From positions 1-24,969 of the IMG/VR virus record IMGVR_UViG_3300037851_001249: a stretch of 24,969 bases of DNA. The stretch is one strand, 5' to 3'. Each line of letters starts with the position of its first letter. Position 1 is the stretch's first letter. Both the position numbers and the translations under genes were made by a program. Of this stretch, positions 1-9,383 are shown piece after piece. The notes beneath the pieces were generated by a model. It worked only from the letters and a program-made list of their open reading frames with translations, made no database searches and had not been told where the DNA came from. The stretch comes from a virus. Taxonomy: Duplodnaviria; Caudoviricetes.

Positions 1-20
1 TCTGGGTGTGGATCGCGTAA
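1..20 (+). CDS. 3' end of upstream phage head gene (possibly capsid decoration/cement protein), truncated by window
   Basis: Reads ..W-V-W-I-A-stop (TAA 18-20) just before the capsid gene; resembles the VWVxI C-termini of small head proteins at this position. Only a few codons are visible. Confidence 0.4.
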
Positions 21-71
21 GCAGCGCGCAGGCGTCGGCCGCATTCAAAACTTTTACGAGGAGATACTCAC

Positions 72-974
72 ATGCTGATCAATAAGGCGAGTTTAACCGG
101 GGTTTTCACCAACCTTAAAACCACTTTTAACAAGGCTTTCGAGGGCGCGCCGTCGGTCTGGGACAAAACGGCGATGCTCGTACCCTCCACCGCCGCCCAA
201 AACCTGTATGCCTGGCTGGACCGCTTCCCTAAAATGCGGGAGTGGATCGGCGACAAGGTGGTCAAGGCCCTGGGCGCGCAGGCCTATACCATCATCAACA
301 AGGAGTGGGAGGCCACGGTGTCGGTGCTGCGCAAGGACATCGAAACCGACCAGCTCGGCATCTACGGGCCGATGGCCCAGGACGCCGGCTTTTCGGCCAA
401 ACAGTGGCCCGACGAATTGGTGGCGGCGCTTAAAAACGGCGCCTTCACGGCCTTGTGTTACGACGGCCAGTACTTTTACGACACCGATCACCTGGTGGCC
501 GGCGCCAGCGTGAGCAATCGCAGCGCCGTGGCGCTGTCGGCCGCGACCGGGGCGGCTGCCGCGGCCAGCTACGGTGCCGGCCGCACAGCCATCATGTCGT
601 TTAAGGACGATGAGGGCCGGCCGCTGGGGCTGATCCCCAACCTGCTTGAAGTGCCGCCGGCCCTTGAGACCGTCGGGCGCATCCTGTGCGACGCCGACAA
701 GCTGGGCGACGATACGCCCAACCCGTACAAAGGCACGGCCACGCTGCTGGTAAACCCCTGGCTGACCAGCACCACCGCCTGGTTCCTGCACGTCACCAAC
801 CGGCCGATCAAACCCTTCATCTTCCAGCAGCGCAAGGCGCCGGCGTTCGTGCAACAGACCAACATGGACAGTGACGATGTCTTTATGCGCGGCGAGTACA
901 AGTTCGGCGCCGAGTCTTCGGGCAACGGCGGATATGGTCTGTGGCAGATGAGCTACGGATCGACCGGCGTATAA
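72..974 (+). CDS. Mu-like major capsid protein gpT
   Basis: 300 aa; RBS GAGGAG; motifs YAWLDRFPKMREWIGD, CYDGQYFYDTDH, KPFIFQQRK, GYGLWQMSYGSTG typical of Mu-like gpT. Confidence 0.93.
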   Translation: MLINKASLTGVFTNLKTTFNKAFEGAPSVWDKTAMLVPSTAAQNLYAWLDRFPKMREWIGDKVVKALGAQAYTIINKEWEATVSVLRKDIETDQLGIYGPMAQDAGFSAKQWPDELVAALKNGAFTALCYDGQYFYDTDHLVAGASVSNRSAVALSAATGAAAAASYGAGRTAIMSFKDDEGRPLGLIPNLLEVPPALETVGRILCDADKLGDDTPNPYKGTATLLVNPWLTSTTAWFLHVTNRPIKPFIFQQRKAPAFVQQTNMDSDDVFMRGEYKFGAESSGNGGYGLWQMSYGSTGV

Positions 975-1065
975 CGGACCACCGAGGCGCATGAGCCTAA
1001 TGTGATAAGCCCCCGGGCCATGATGCGCCGGGGGCGTCAAAAAAAAGATGGAAAGGAAGCAAAAC

Positions 1066-1260
1066 ATGATCAGAATCATTTGCCCCAAAGATGGATTCCG
1101 GCGGGCTGGCATAGCCCATCCCCAGGGCGCGACCGATTATCCCGACAAGGCCTTTACCTCCGAACAGTTAAAAGCCCTCAAGGCAGAGCCCATGCTGGCC
1201 GTGGAGATTGTGCCGGGAGACATCAAGAAGAGCGGCAAGAAAGAAGAAGTCAAGGAGTAA
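1066..1260 (+). CDS. Mu gp35-like (HI1506-related) small protein
   Basis: GFRRAGIAH...FTSEQLKALKAEPML motif; lies right after gpT; ATG 1066 follows AGGAAG. Confidence 0.8.
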   Translation: MIRIICPKDGFRRAGIAHPQGATDYPDKAFTSEQLKALKAEPMLAVEIVPGDIKKSGKKEEVKE

Positions 1261-1263
1261 CCC

Positions 1264-1677
1264 GTGGCCTACGCGACCGCGCAAGAACTGATCGACCGGG
1301 TGGGCATCGACGCCGTGGCGGCCGTTTCCGATCGCGACGGGGACGCGGCCGTCGAGGAAGAGGCCATCACGGCGGCCATCGATGACGCCAGCGCCGAGAT
1401 CGACAGCTACCTTGCGGCGCGCTATCCGCTGCCGCTCGCCGATCCGCCGGCGGCCGTCAAGCGGGCGTGCATCGATATGGCCATGTACCACCTGTCCGGC
1501 AACCGGACCACCGAAGAGGTGGAAAAGCGCTACAAAAACGCGGTTGCCTGGCTGCGCGATGTGGCCAAGGGCCTGGCCACCCTGGGCAGCGCGCCGGCCG
1601 AAGCGTCCGTGGGCGGGGCGTCGTTTAGCGCCGGGGCGCGGCTTTCCACGCGCGAGAGTCTGAAAGGCGGCTTTTAG
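1264..1677 (+). CDS. Mu gp36-like head-tail adaptor (DUF1320)
   Basis: MAYATAQEL...DASAEIDSYLAARYPLPL...RYKNAVAWLRDVAKG; GTG start after AAGGAG. Confidence 0.9.
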   Translation: MAYATAQELIDRVGIDAVAAVSDRDGDAAVEEEAITAAIDDASAEIDSYLAARYPLPLADPPAAVKRACIDMAMYHLSGNRTTEEVEKRYKNAVAWLRDVAKGLATLGSAPAEASVGGASFSAGARLSTRESLKGGF

Positions 1678-2139
1678 ATGGCGGGTGTGGCGCTGCATAT
1701 CGATCTATCAAGGCTCAAGCTGATCCAGCGCAGGCTCGATGCCCTGGCCAATTTTGACCGCTCGGCCCTGCTGGATGCGGTCGGCGATAATGTGGAAGCA
1801 CAAACCAGGACGCGGCTTTCCGAAGAAAAGCACGCGCCCGACGGGGCGGCCTGGCCGCAATGGTCGGAAGCGTATGCGGCCACCCGGCACGCCGATCAAA
1901 GCTTCCTGGAGGGCGAAGGCACCTTGATCGACTCTATCGACCATGAGGTTATGGGTGACGAGGTCGAGATCGGCAGCAACCTGATCTATTCCCGGGTGCA
2001 TCAGGAGGGCGCGGACTTTTCCATCATCAGCAACAAGGCCCACGTGCGCATTCCGGCGCGGCCGTACCTGGGAATTTCGGACGCAAACGAGGCCGAGATT
2101 GAGCGCACCATCGTCGAATGGTTCGAGGAGATTGCATGA
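1678..2139 (+). CDS. Phage virion morphogenesis protein (Mu gpG-like)
   Basis: PDGAAWPQWS...IGSNLIYSRVHQEG...IPARPYLGIS signature. Confidence 0.9.
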   Translation: MAGVALHIDLSRLKLIQRRLDALANFDRSALLDAVGDNVEAQTRTRLSEEKHAPDGAAWPQWSEAYAATRHADQSFLEGEGTLIDSIDHEVMGDEVEIGSNLIYSRVHQEGADFSIISNKAHVRIPARPYLGISDANEAEIERTIVEWFEEIA

Positions 2140-2681
2140 CGCTGCCCGCCATTCAGCAAGCCATCGTTGACGCTCTTTCCGCTGCCGGCCTGGGGGATTA
2201 CGCCCAGGCGTATCCGGGCCGGATGTCGGTCGATGACTTAAAACGCCTGGTGGTGCGCGGCCATTCCACGGTGTGCGTGGGGTGCCTGGGGGTGCCGCGC
2301 GCCGAGAAAACGCCCGTGGGCGATGAATTGGAGACCCACTGGGCCGTCTACGTCCTGGCCCTGGACAGCCAGGGGCTGTCGCGCGATGCGGCGGCCATGA
2401 CGCTGGTGACCCAGGTGGCGCGCATGGCGATCAATAACACCTGGGGCCGTGACGATCTGGACACGCCCGAGGCCATCCGCGGGGATAATCTTTACAGCGG
2501 CACGCTCGAACGGCGCGCCGTGGCGTTGTGGGCCGTCACTTTCCGGCAGAACTGGAAGCCGGTGGAAAGCGCCGCCGGCCTGGATGACCTGCTGCGCGTG
2601 GTGGCGGTGTGGGATCTGGATCAGGCACAAGACGGTGAGCCGACGCCCACCGATACAATCGAACTGGAAGGAGGCTCATGA
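2136..2681 (+). CDS. Mu gp37-like tail terminator/neck protein
   Basis: ATGA overlap with the previous gene, RBS GAGGAG; NLYSGTLERRAVALWAVTFRQ motif; position before gp38 and sheath. Confidence 0.8.
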   Translation: MTLPAIQQAIVDALSAAGLGDYAQAYPGRMSVDDLKRLVVRGHSTVCVGCLGVPRAEKTPVGDELETHWAVYVLALDSQGLSRDAAAMTLVTQVARMAINNTWGRDDLDTPEAIRGDNLYSGTLERRAVALWAVTFRQNWKPVESAAGLDDLLRVVAVWDLDQAQDGEPTPTDTIELEGGS

Positions 2682-2869
2682 TGGGCACGCGATTTTTAAA
2701 ACCTGCTGCCGGGCTGATCGTGCGGGACCCGGCCACCGGCCAGCCGCTCGCCCAGGACGGCGAAGCAAAACCGGATACGACCTATTGGCGACGGCGCCTG
2801 CGCGACGGGGATGTGCTCCCAGCGCCGGCACCCGAGCCCGCCCAAACCAAGGGAGGTAAAAGCAAATGA
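2678..2869 (+). CDS. Mu gp38-like protein (DUF2635)
   Basis: KPAAGLIVRDP...YWRRRLRDGDV signature. Confidence 0.88.
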   Translation: MMGTRFLKPAAGLIVRDPATGQPLAQDGEAKPDTTYWRRRLRDGDVLPAPAPEPAQTKGGKSK

Positions 2870-4332
2870 CGATTTCCTTTAACACCATTCCGAGCAATTT
2901 GCGCGTACCGCTGACCTATGTCGAATTCGACAACAGCCGGGCCGTGGTGGGCACGCCGGCCATGCAGTACCGGATGCTCTTTATCGGTCAAAAACTGGCG
3001 GCGGGCAGCGCGGCGGTGAACACCCTGATGCAGGTGGCCACGGTGGGCGCTGCGGTGGCCTTGTTTGGCGCCGGATCCATGCTGGCGCGCATGATCGAAC
3101 AGTTCAAGGCGGACAACCGATATATCGACTGCTGGGCCATCGCCTTGGCGGATCACGCCTCGGGCGTTTCGGCCACGGGCACCTTGACCCTCACCGGCCC
3201 GGCCACGGCCGCCGGCGTGCTGGCCCTTTACATCGGCGGGGACCGGGTGCGCGTCACCGTCACCGCGGGTATGACGGCGGCCCAGGCGGCCACGGCCGTG
3301 GCCGCGGCGGTCAACGCCGACACCACTTTGCCGGTGACCGCGGCGGCCGTGGATGCGGTGGTGACCTTCACCGCGCGCCACAAAGGCACGGTGGGCAACG
3401 ACATCGACTTGCGCCTGAACTACTACTCGGAAGACGCGCTGCCGGTCGGCATCGGCGCGACGCTGGCCGCCATGAGCGCTGGCGCCTCCAACCCGGATGT
3501 GGCCGACGCCGTCACGGCGATGGGCGATCAGTGGTACCAGGGGATCGTGATGCCCTACACCGACAGCGCCAACATGACGGCCCTGGAGGCCGAGCTGTTG
3601 TCCCGCTGGAGCGGCACGCGCCAGATCGGCGGCATTGCTTACTGCGCCTATCGCGGTACCCACGCCAATGCCATTACTTTCGGGGATGGGCGTAATAGCC
3701 CGCTGGTGTGCTGCCTGGCCGCCGGCCAGACGCCTGACCCGCCTTATATCTGGGCGGCCGCGGTGGCCTCCCAGGCCAGCTTGAGCCTTTCCATCGATCC
3801 GGCCCGGCCGCTGCAAACGCTGCCGCTGACGGGTATTTTGCCGCCGCCCGAGTCGAGCCGCTGGACCTCCGAGGAGCGCAATCTGCTGCTCTGGGACGGC
3901 ATGGCCACCTGGTATGTGGACGCCGGCGGCGTGGTGCGCATCGAGCGGCTGGTAACCATGTACCAGGAGAACGCCTATGGCCTGCCGGACCCCAGCTATC
4001 TGAACCTGACCACACCGGCCACGCTGGAGTATTTGCGCTACAGCCTGCGGGCGCGCATCACGCAAAAGTTCCCGCGCCACAAGCTGGCCGATGACGGCAT
4101 CGACTACGGCCCGGGCCAGGCCATCGTGACGCCCAAGACGATCCGCGCCGAGATCATCGCCCTGGCCGAAGAGTGGGCGCAAAACGGCCTGATCGAAAAC
4201 CTGGCCCAGTTCCGCGAGGACCTGGTGGTGGAACGTAACGGGAGCGACCGCGACCGGGTGGACACCCTGGTGCCGCCCGATATCGTCAACCAGTTCCGGG
4301 TGTTCGCGGCCCAGATTCAATTCATTCTGTAG
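2866..4332 (+). CDS. Contractile tail sheath protein (Mu gpL-like)
   Basis: 488 aa; ISFNTIPSNLRVPLTYVEFDNS, FGAGSMLARM, DPARPLQTLPL, KFPRHKLADDG. Confidence 0.95.
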   Translation: MTISFNTIPSNLRVPLTYVEFDNSRAVVGTPAMQYRMLFIGQKLAAGSAAVNTLMQVATVGAAVALFGAGSMLARMIEQFKADNRYIDCWAIALADHASGVSATGTLTLTGPATAAGVLALYIGGDRVRVTVTAGMTAAQAATAVAAAVNADTTLPVTAAAVDAVVTFTARHKGTVGNDIDLRLNYYSEDALPVGIGATLAAMSAGASNPDVADAVTAMGDQWYQGIVMPYTDSANMTALEAELLSRWSGTRQIGGIAYCAYRGTHANAITFGDGRNSPLVCCLAAGQTPDPPYIWAAAVASQASLSLSIDPARPLQTLPLTGILPPPESSRWTSEERNLLLWDGMATWYVDAGGVVRIERLVTMYQENAYGLPDPSYLNLTTPATLEYLRYSLRARITQKFPRHKLADDGIDYGPGQAIVTPKTIRAEIIALAEEWAQNGLIENLAQFREDLVVERNGSDRDRVDTLVPPDIVNQFRVFAAQIQFIL

Positions 4333-4371
4333 GCGGTCGGCCCTGCGGCCGGCGGCTGTGAGGAGAAGAAC

Positions 4372-4731
4372 ATGCCCAAGACTTTAGGAATCGTGAAAGT
4401 AAAATTGGACGGCACGCTGCTGCACAGCAAGCCGGGCGCAACGCTCGATCCTGGCGGGCCGGTGCGCACCGCGGTCGAATCCGACCAGCCGGGTTTTTTT
4501 TCCGAGACGCGCAAGCCCGCGCGCATCGAGTGCAACCTGGTGGTCGATGCCGATTTTAGCGCCGACGCCCTGCGCCGGGCCGACGATGTGACGGCTATTT
4601 TCGAGGCCGACACCGGCCAGGTGTGGGTCATTAACCACGGCTATGTCACCGACCCGCCGACGATCACCGGCGGCAACAACGGCGGGGCAAAATTGACCAT
4701 CGAAGGCCCTCCGGCCCAGGAGATGAAGTAA
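4372..4731 (+). CDS. Tail tube protein (Mu gpM-like)
   Basis: 119 aa directly after sheath; RBS GAGGAG; size and position fit Mu tube proteins. Confidence 0.85.
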   Translation: MPKTLGIVKVKLDGTLLHSKPGATLDPGGPVRTAVESDQPGFFSETRKPARIECNLVVDADFSADALRRADDVTAIFEADTGQVWVINHGYVTDPPTITGGNNGGAKLTIEGPPAQEMK

Positions 4732-4732
4732 A

Positions 4733-4978
4733 ATGGAACCGCTCAAAATCACCCTTAAACATCCGGTCAAGGCAGGAGATGAGCAGATCGACGAGCTGAC
4801 CATCTCCCGGCGGCCAACGGCCAAGGACCTGCGCTGCATGGACCAGCAAAAAGGCGAGATCGCCAAGATGATGGCCCTGCTGGAGCGGCTGACCGGCGTG
4901 CCGTCGAGTGTGCTCGACGCAATGGACGGCGCCGATTTTACGCGCGCGGCTGAAGCGGTCAGCTCTTTTTTATCCTGA
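4733..4978 (+). CDS. Tail assembly chaperone (Mu gp41/P2 gpE-like)
   Basis: ITLKHPV...RRPTAKDL...LDAMDGADF; ends in slippery T TTT TTA (4966-4972). Confidence 0.88.
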   Translation: MEPLKITLKHPVKAGDEQIDELTISRRPTAKDLRCMDQQKGEIAKMMALLERLTGVPSSVLDAMDGADFTRAAEAVSSFLS

Positions 4979-5115
4979 TCCCATACCGCGAAGTGATGGC
5001 GGAGCTGGCCTATGTGTTTCACTTTCCGCCAAGCGAGTTATGGGAGATGGAAATCGAAGATTTGTGCATGTGGTACGAACAGGCCGTGAGGATCAGTGAG
5101 CAGCTTAAAAACTAG
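4966..5115 (+). CDS. GpE'-type chaperone extension in the -1 frame (not in ORF track)
   Basis: The -1 frame from the slippery site reads FFILIPYREVMAELAYVFHFPPSELWEMEIEDLCMWYEQAVRISEQLKN*; xAxxFHxPPSELxxM is the P2 GpE-family motif; in-frame ATG at 4996. Confidence 0.85.
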   Translation, partial: FFILIPYREVMAELAYVFHFPPSELWEMEIEDLCMWYEQAVRISEQLKN

Positions 5116-6547
5116 CATTGTCATCGACCTGGTCAATCGGGTCACCGAGCCGATCCGGCGCATTTCGCGATCCTTTGAAGGATTGCGACGCGCCGCCGGG
5201 CCGGCGCTGACCGACGTGAACACCAGGGCTTCGGCCCTGGCCGGCAGTGTGGGTTCGCTTGTGGGCAAACTGACGCTGCTGGGGGGCGCCGGCATTTGGG
5301 CGTTCAAGAGCCAGTTCGTCGATACGGCCTCGCAGTTCGAGCAGTTCACGGCGATCTTAGAGACGGTGGAGGGCGGCAGCGACAAGGCACGCCGCTCGAT
5401 GGACTGGGTGAGCGATTTTGCGGCCAAGACGCCCTACGAGCTGGCCGAGGTGACCGATGCCTTTGTGAAGCTGCGGGCCTACGGCATGGATCCGATGAAC
5501 GGCTTGTTAAAATCGATGGGGGACACTTCCGCCGCGATGGGCAAGCCATTGATGCAGGCGGTGGAAGCCGTTGCCGACGCGGTCACCGGTGAGTATGAGC
5601 GCTTGAAAGAGTTTGGCGTGAAAGCCGACACCAAGGGCAACCGCGTGCGTTTCAACTACACGGATAAGGACGGCAAGCAGCAGTTCAAAACGGTCGATAA
5701 GCGCAATCGTCAGATGATCCAGAGCACCCTGGAAGCGATCTGGAACGAGAAGTACGCCGGCGCGATGGATAAGCAAAGCCGCACCTGGCGCGGCATGGTG
5801 AGCAACCTTTCGGACCAATGGACGCGTTTTAAGGTCAAGGTGATGCAGGCCGGGGTATTCGACTGGATGAAGGGTAAGCTTTCCGACCTTCTGGCGCGGG
5901 TTGACAAAATGGCCGCCGACGGCAGCTTGGACCGTTACGCCCGGATGTGGTCCGTGGATATCAAGGCGGGCATGCTGGAGGCCTGGCGCGTCGGCACCGA
6001 ATTGTGGCGCGGGTTCAAGCAGATCAAAGAAGTTGTTGATCAGGTAGCCGTAGCTGTGGGCGGCTATGACAATCTGCTCAAAATGCTGGCCATCACGATG
6101 GCGTCAAAAGTGTTCGTTGAGGCAGGCTTGTTATCGCTCTCCTTGGTAAAGTTGGGGTCTGAAGTGATCCCATTGCTTGCCAAAAACACCTCGACGCTGA
6201 CATCCAACCTAAAAGGCTTGGGGCTTGCGCTGGCCCCCGTCGCAAAAGTAGCGGCTGTACTCTATGGCATCCATGAGTTCGCCCTCAAGCCTCTTGGAAT
6301 GGGGATACCTGATTTACAAAAGAGTGGTGAGATTTATCAAGACTCGGTCAATAAGATGGCGGAAATGCTGTCTGGAAAACGCGACTGGAAGACAGGAGGG
6401 TTAATCAACGCGCAACCAAAAATAAGCGCCGAGTTAAAGGTGACCTTTGACCACAAGAATCAGAACTTTTCCGTCACCAAACTTAAATCCAGCCACGGCT
6501 TTGATGTGGAAACCGATACCGGACGCCTGATGGTGGCGCCGCGATGA
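5096..6547 (+). CDS. Tail tape measure protein
   Basis: 483 aa; follows the chaperones; tape-measure motifs FAAKTPYELAEV, AVEAVADAVTGEYERLKEFG, TWRGMVSNLSD. Confidence 0.9.
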   Translation: MSSLKTSIVIDLVNRVTEPIRRISRSFEGLRRAAGPALTDVNTRASALAGSVGSLVGKLTLLGGAGIWAFKSQFVDTASQFEQFTAILETVEGGSDKARRSMDWVSDFAAKTPYELAEVTDAFVKLRAYGMDPMNGLLKSMGDTSAAMGKPLMQAVEAVADAVTGEYERLKEFGVKADTKGNRVRFNYTDKDGKQQFKTVDKRNRQMIQSTLEAIWNEKYAGAMDKQSRTWRGMVSNLSDQWTRFKVKVMQAGVFDWMKGKLSDLLARVDKMAADGSLDRYARMWSVDIKAGMLEAWRVGTELWRGFKQIKEVVDQVAVAVGGYDNLLKMLAITMASKVFVEAGLLSLSLVKLGSEVIPLLAKNTSTLTSNLKGLGLALAPVAKVAAVLYGIHEFALKPLGMGIPDLQKSGEIYQDSVNKMAEMLSGKRDWKTGGLINAQPKISAELKVTFDHKNQNFSVTKLKSSHGFDVETDTGRLMVAPR

Positions 6548-6557
6548 AGGGCATGCG

Positions 6558-7742
6558 ATGAGCTGGTTCGATAGCTTACAAATCGGATCTTTCCGGGGCA
6601 TCGAGTTCCTCTTTGCCGACAGCGACGGCGAGCTGGGCCGGCGCATCGCGGTGTTCGAGTATCCGGGAAGGGATCTGCCCTATGTCGAGGATCTGGGGCG
6701 CCGGGCGCGCATCTTTTCGCTGGAGCTGATCGTGGCCGGGCCGAACTACATGGCGGCCCGGGATAATCTGGCGGCGGCCCTGGAGGCGCCCGGGCCGGGC
6801 ATTCTGGTCCACCCCACCCTGGGTGAGCTGCGCGTGAGCGTGTACAGCGCGGCCGGTCCGCGCGAGAGCACCCGCGAGGGGGGCACGGCGCGCTTTTCGG
6901 TTTCGTTCATCGAGTCCGGAGAGTCGCGCTATCCGGCGGCCACGGCCGACGGGCGGCGCATCGTAACCGAAAAGATCGCGGCGGCCAATGCTTCGCTGGG
7001 CAATCAATTGCTCCGGCGTTTGAGTTTGATCGGCCCCAGCTTTATTTCGGAAGACGCGGTGGCCCAGGTTGCGAAGATGGCGGCCACCATCCACAAGGGC
7101 ATCGTGGGGCTGCCGGAGCTGGCCGGCCAGACGGCCCTGATGCAGGATGTGGTGGCGCTCTCCACCAGCGCGGCCTCGCTGATCCGCGATCCCATCGATC
7201 TGGCCGACGCGGTGACGACGATCTTCGGCGACATCGTGACGGCCGTGGAGCGCCCGCTGCTGGCCTTTTCGGCCCTGAGCAGTTTCTGGGGATATTTGGG
7301 CACGGGCGACGCCATTCCGGGCACCACGGCCAGCCGGATGCGGCAGGCGGACAACCGGACGGCCCTGACCGATCTTTTTGTGACGGGGGCCTCCATCTCG
7401 GCGGCCGGGGCCGCCAGTCGCGCCGAATACGACAGCCAGGACGCGGCCAGCGCCGCCAGCCTGGCGGTGTGCGCCCAGCTCGACGTGGTGAGCCTGTCTT
7501 CCGACGACGGCCTTTATAACGCCTTGACCGATCTGCGGGCCGCCGTGGTGGCGGACCTTGGCAGCCGGCCTGGGCTGCCGCGCATCGTCTCATATCTGAC
7601 GGTGGTGGTGACGCCGGCCCTGGCCCTGGCCCATCGGATCTACGGGGACGCCGCAAGGGCCGACGACATTGTCGCCCGCAACCGGATCAGCCACCCGGGC
7701 TTTGTGCCGAGCGGCCGCGCGCTGGAGGTGCTCAATGCCTAA
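6558..7742 (+). CDS. DNA circularization protein (Mu gpN-like)
   Basis: MSWFDSLQIGSFRGIEF...EYPGRDLPYVEDLGR...LVHPTLG; C-terminal PALALAHRIYGDAARADDIVARNRISHPGFVP. Confidence 0.93.
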   Translation: MSWFDSLQIGSFRGIEFLFADSDGELGRRIAVFEYPGRDLPYVEDLGRRARIFSLELIVAGPNYMAARDNLAAALEAPGPGILVHPTLGELRVSVYSAAGPRESTREGGTARFSVSFIESGESRYPAATADGRRIVTEKIAAANASLGNQLLRRLSLIGPSFISEDAVAQVAKMAATIHKGIVGLPELAGQTALMQDVVALSTSAASLIRDPIDLADAVTTIFGDIVTAVERPLLAFSALSSFWGYLGTGDAIPGTTASRMRQADNRTALTDLFVTGASISAAGAASRAEYDSQDAASAASLAVCAQLDVVSLSSDDGLYNALTDLRAAVVADLGSRPGLPRIVSYLTVVVTPALALAHRIYGDAARADDIVARNRISHPGFVPSGRALEVLNA

Positions 7743-8778
7743 TGTCGTTCTTTCCGTGGGCGGGCGCGATTACAGCGGCTGGACGGGTGTGCGTATCCAG
7801 CGGGGCATCGAGCAGTTGTGCGGCCAGTTCAGCCTGACGCTCACCGAGCGCTGGCAAGGCCAGGATACGCCCCGGCCGGTCGCACCGGGCGATGCCTGTA
7901 CGGTTGCGGCCGACGGCCAGGTGGTGATCACCGGCTATATAGATGATGTGCTGCCGCAGTTCGATGCGCAAAACCACCTGCTGCACGTGTCGGGCCGGGA
8001 CGCGACCGGCGATCTGGTGGATTGCAGCGCGGCCAACGCGCCGGGACGCTGGGAGAACCGCACGCTGCTTCAGATCGCGGAAGAAATCTGCCGGCCGTTC
8101 GGCATAAGGGCTACGGCGGCAGCCGATGTCGGGCCGCGTTTTCGCGCGTTTGCCATCCAGCCGGGCGAGTCGGCCTTCGAAGTTATTGACCGGCTGTGCC
8201 GCTTTCGCGGGGTGCTGGCGACCTCCGACGGCGCGGGCGGCCTGGTGTTTACCGGCCCGGGAGAAGTGCGGGTGCCGGTGCGCATCGTTCAGGGCGAGAA
8301 TATGCTGGCCGGATTCGGCGCATACTCCATTCGCGAGCGCTATTCGAGCTACACGGTCAAGGGGAGCGATAGCGGTTTTAACGAATCGACCCCTGAGCAG
8401 AACGCCAGCCCGGTGGGCGCGGCCGAAGATCCGAACGTGCCCAGGTACCGGCCGCTGATCCTGATCGCCGAGGGGTCGGCCGATGCGGCCAAGCTTAAAG
8501 CGCGCGCCGTGTGGGAGGCCGCCGTGCGGCGCGGGCGCTCGCGCCGGGCCACGGTGGCGGTGCAGGGCTGGTCCCATCCCGGTGGGGTGTGGGCGCCCAA
8601 CACGCGCGTTTCGATCGATTCCTCCTTTTTGGGGATCGAGGGCGATATGCTGATCGCGGGTGTGACGTTGACCCATGACGAGTCCGGCACGCGGGCCGAG
8701 CTGGAGGTGTGCGCACCCGAAGCCTTTGCCGCGCTGGCCATATCCGAAGACGAGGAGGCCGCCGGATGGAACGGATGA
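7735..8778 (+). CDS. Baseplate hub protein (Mu gp44/gpP-like)
   Basis: YSGWTGVRIQRGIE, VITGYID, GRDATGDLVDCSA, RYRPLILIAE; ATG 7735 overlaps the gpN end. Confidence 0.92.
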   Translation: MPNVVLSVGGRDYSGWTGVRIQRGIEQLCGQFSLTLTERWQGQDTPRPVAPGDACTVAADGQVVITGYIDDVLPQFDAQNHLLHVSGRDATGDLVDCSAANAPGRWENRTLLQIAEEICRPFGIRATAAADVGPRFRAFAIQPGESAFEVIDRLCRFRGVLATSDGAGGLVFTGPGEVRVPVRIVQGENMLAGFGAYSIRERYSSYTVKGSDSGFNESTPEQNASPVGAAEDPNVPRYRPLILIAEGSADAAKLKARAVWEAAVRRGRSRRATVAVQGWSHPGGVWAPNTRVSIDSSFLGIEGDMLIAGVTLTHDESGTRAELEVCAPEAFAALAISEDEEAAGWNG

Positions 8779-9380
8779 TCGCCCGAGCAATCGCCCCTAT
8801 CTCCCGCAGGCTGCGCCTGCTGACGGCCCGCGCGGTGGTGCGCCTAGTAAACGACGGGCTGCGCGAACAGGGGGTTCAGCTTCAGCTGCTGGCCGGCGAA
8901 GTGGGCGATGCCGAGCGCTACCAGCACTATGGGTTTTCCTCGGTGCCGCATCCGGGCGCGGAGGCCATCGTGCTTTGCATCGGAGGCAGTCGCGAGCACC
9001 TGGTGACCATCGCGGATGGAGATCGGCGCTACCGGGTCATGAGCCAGGCGCCCGGCGAGGTGGCGATCTACACCGACGAGGGCGACAACATGCGCTGGCG
9101 GCGCGGCCGGTTGACGGAGATCAACACCCAGACCCTGCGGATCAACGCCACCACGCTTTGCGAGATCAACGCGCCTACCGTGCAGATCAACGCCGATACC
9201 GGGTGCAATATCGATGCGCCGCTGACGGCGGCCACGGGGGCGCTACAGGCCGGCCAGGACATCACCGACCGTGCGGCCCTTTCGGGCGGCGGTACCATGA
9301 ACGGCATGCGCAGCGTATACAACGGCCACAGGCACAACGAAACCGGCACCGTCACCAACGTGCCCAACCAGCAGATGTGA
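8766..9380 (+). CDS. Baseplate spike/puncturing protein (Mu gp45/gpV-like)
   Basis: ERYQHYGFSSVP, GEVAIYTDEG, beta-helix-like IN-x repeats, C-terminal HRH metal-binding apex (YNGHRHNE); RBS GAGGAGG. Confidence 0.9.
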   Translation: MERMIARAIAPISRRLRLLTARAVVRLVNDGLREQGVQLQLLAGEVGDAERYQHYGFSSVPHPGAEAIVLCIGGSREHLVTIADGDRRYRVMSQAPGEVAIYTDEGDNMRWRRGRLTEINTQTLRINATTLCEINAPTVQINADTGCNIDAPLTAATGALQAGQDITDRAALSGGGTMNGMRSVYNGHRHNETGTVTNVPNQQM

Positions 9381-9383
9381 TCC

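Noticed and set aside
4491-4501. G GGT TTT TTT T slippery/T8 run in the tail tube gene
   Set aside because: The -1 frame stops after about 20 codons with no recognisable product; the run encodes G-F-F
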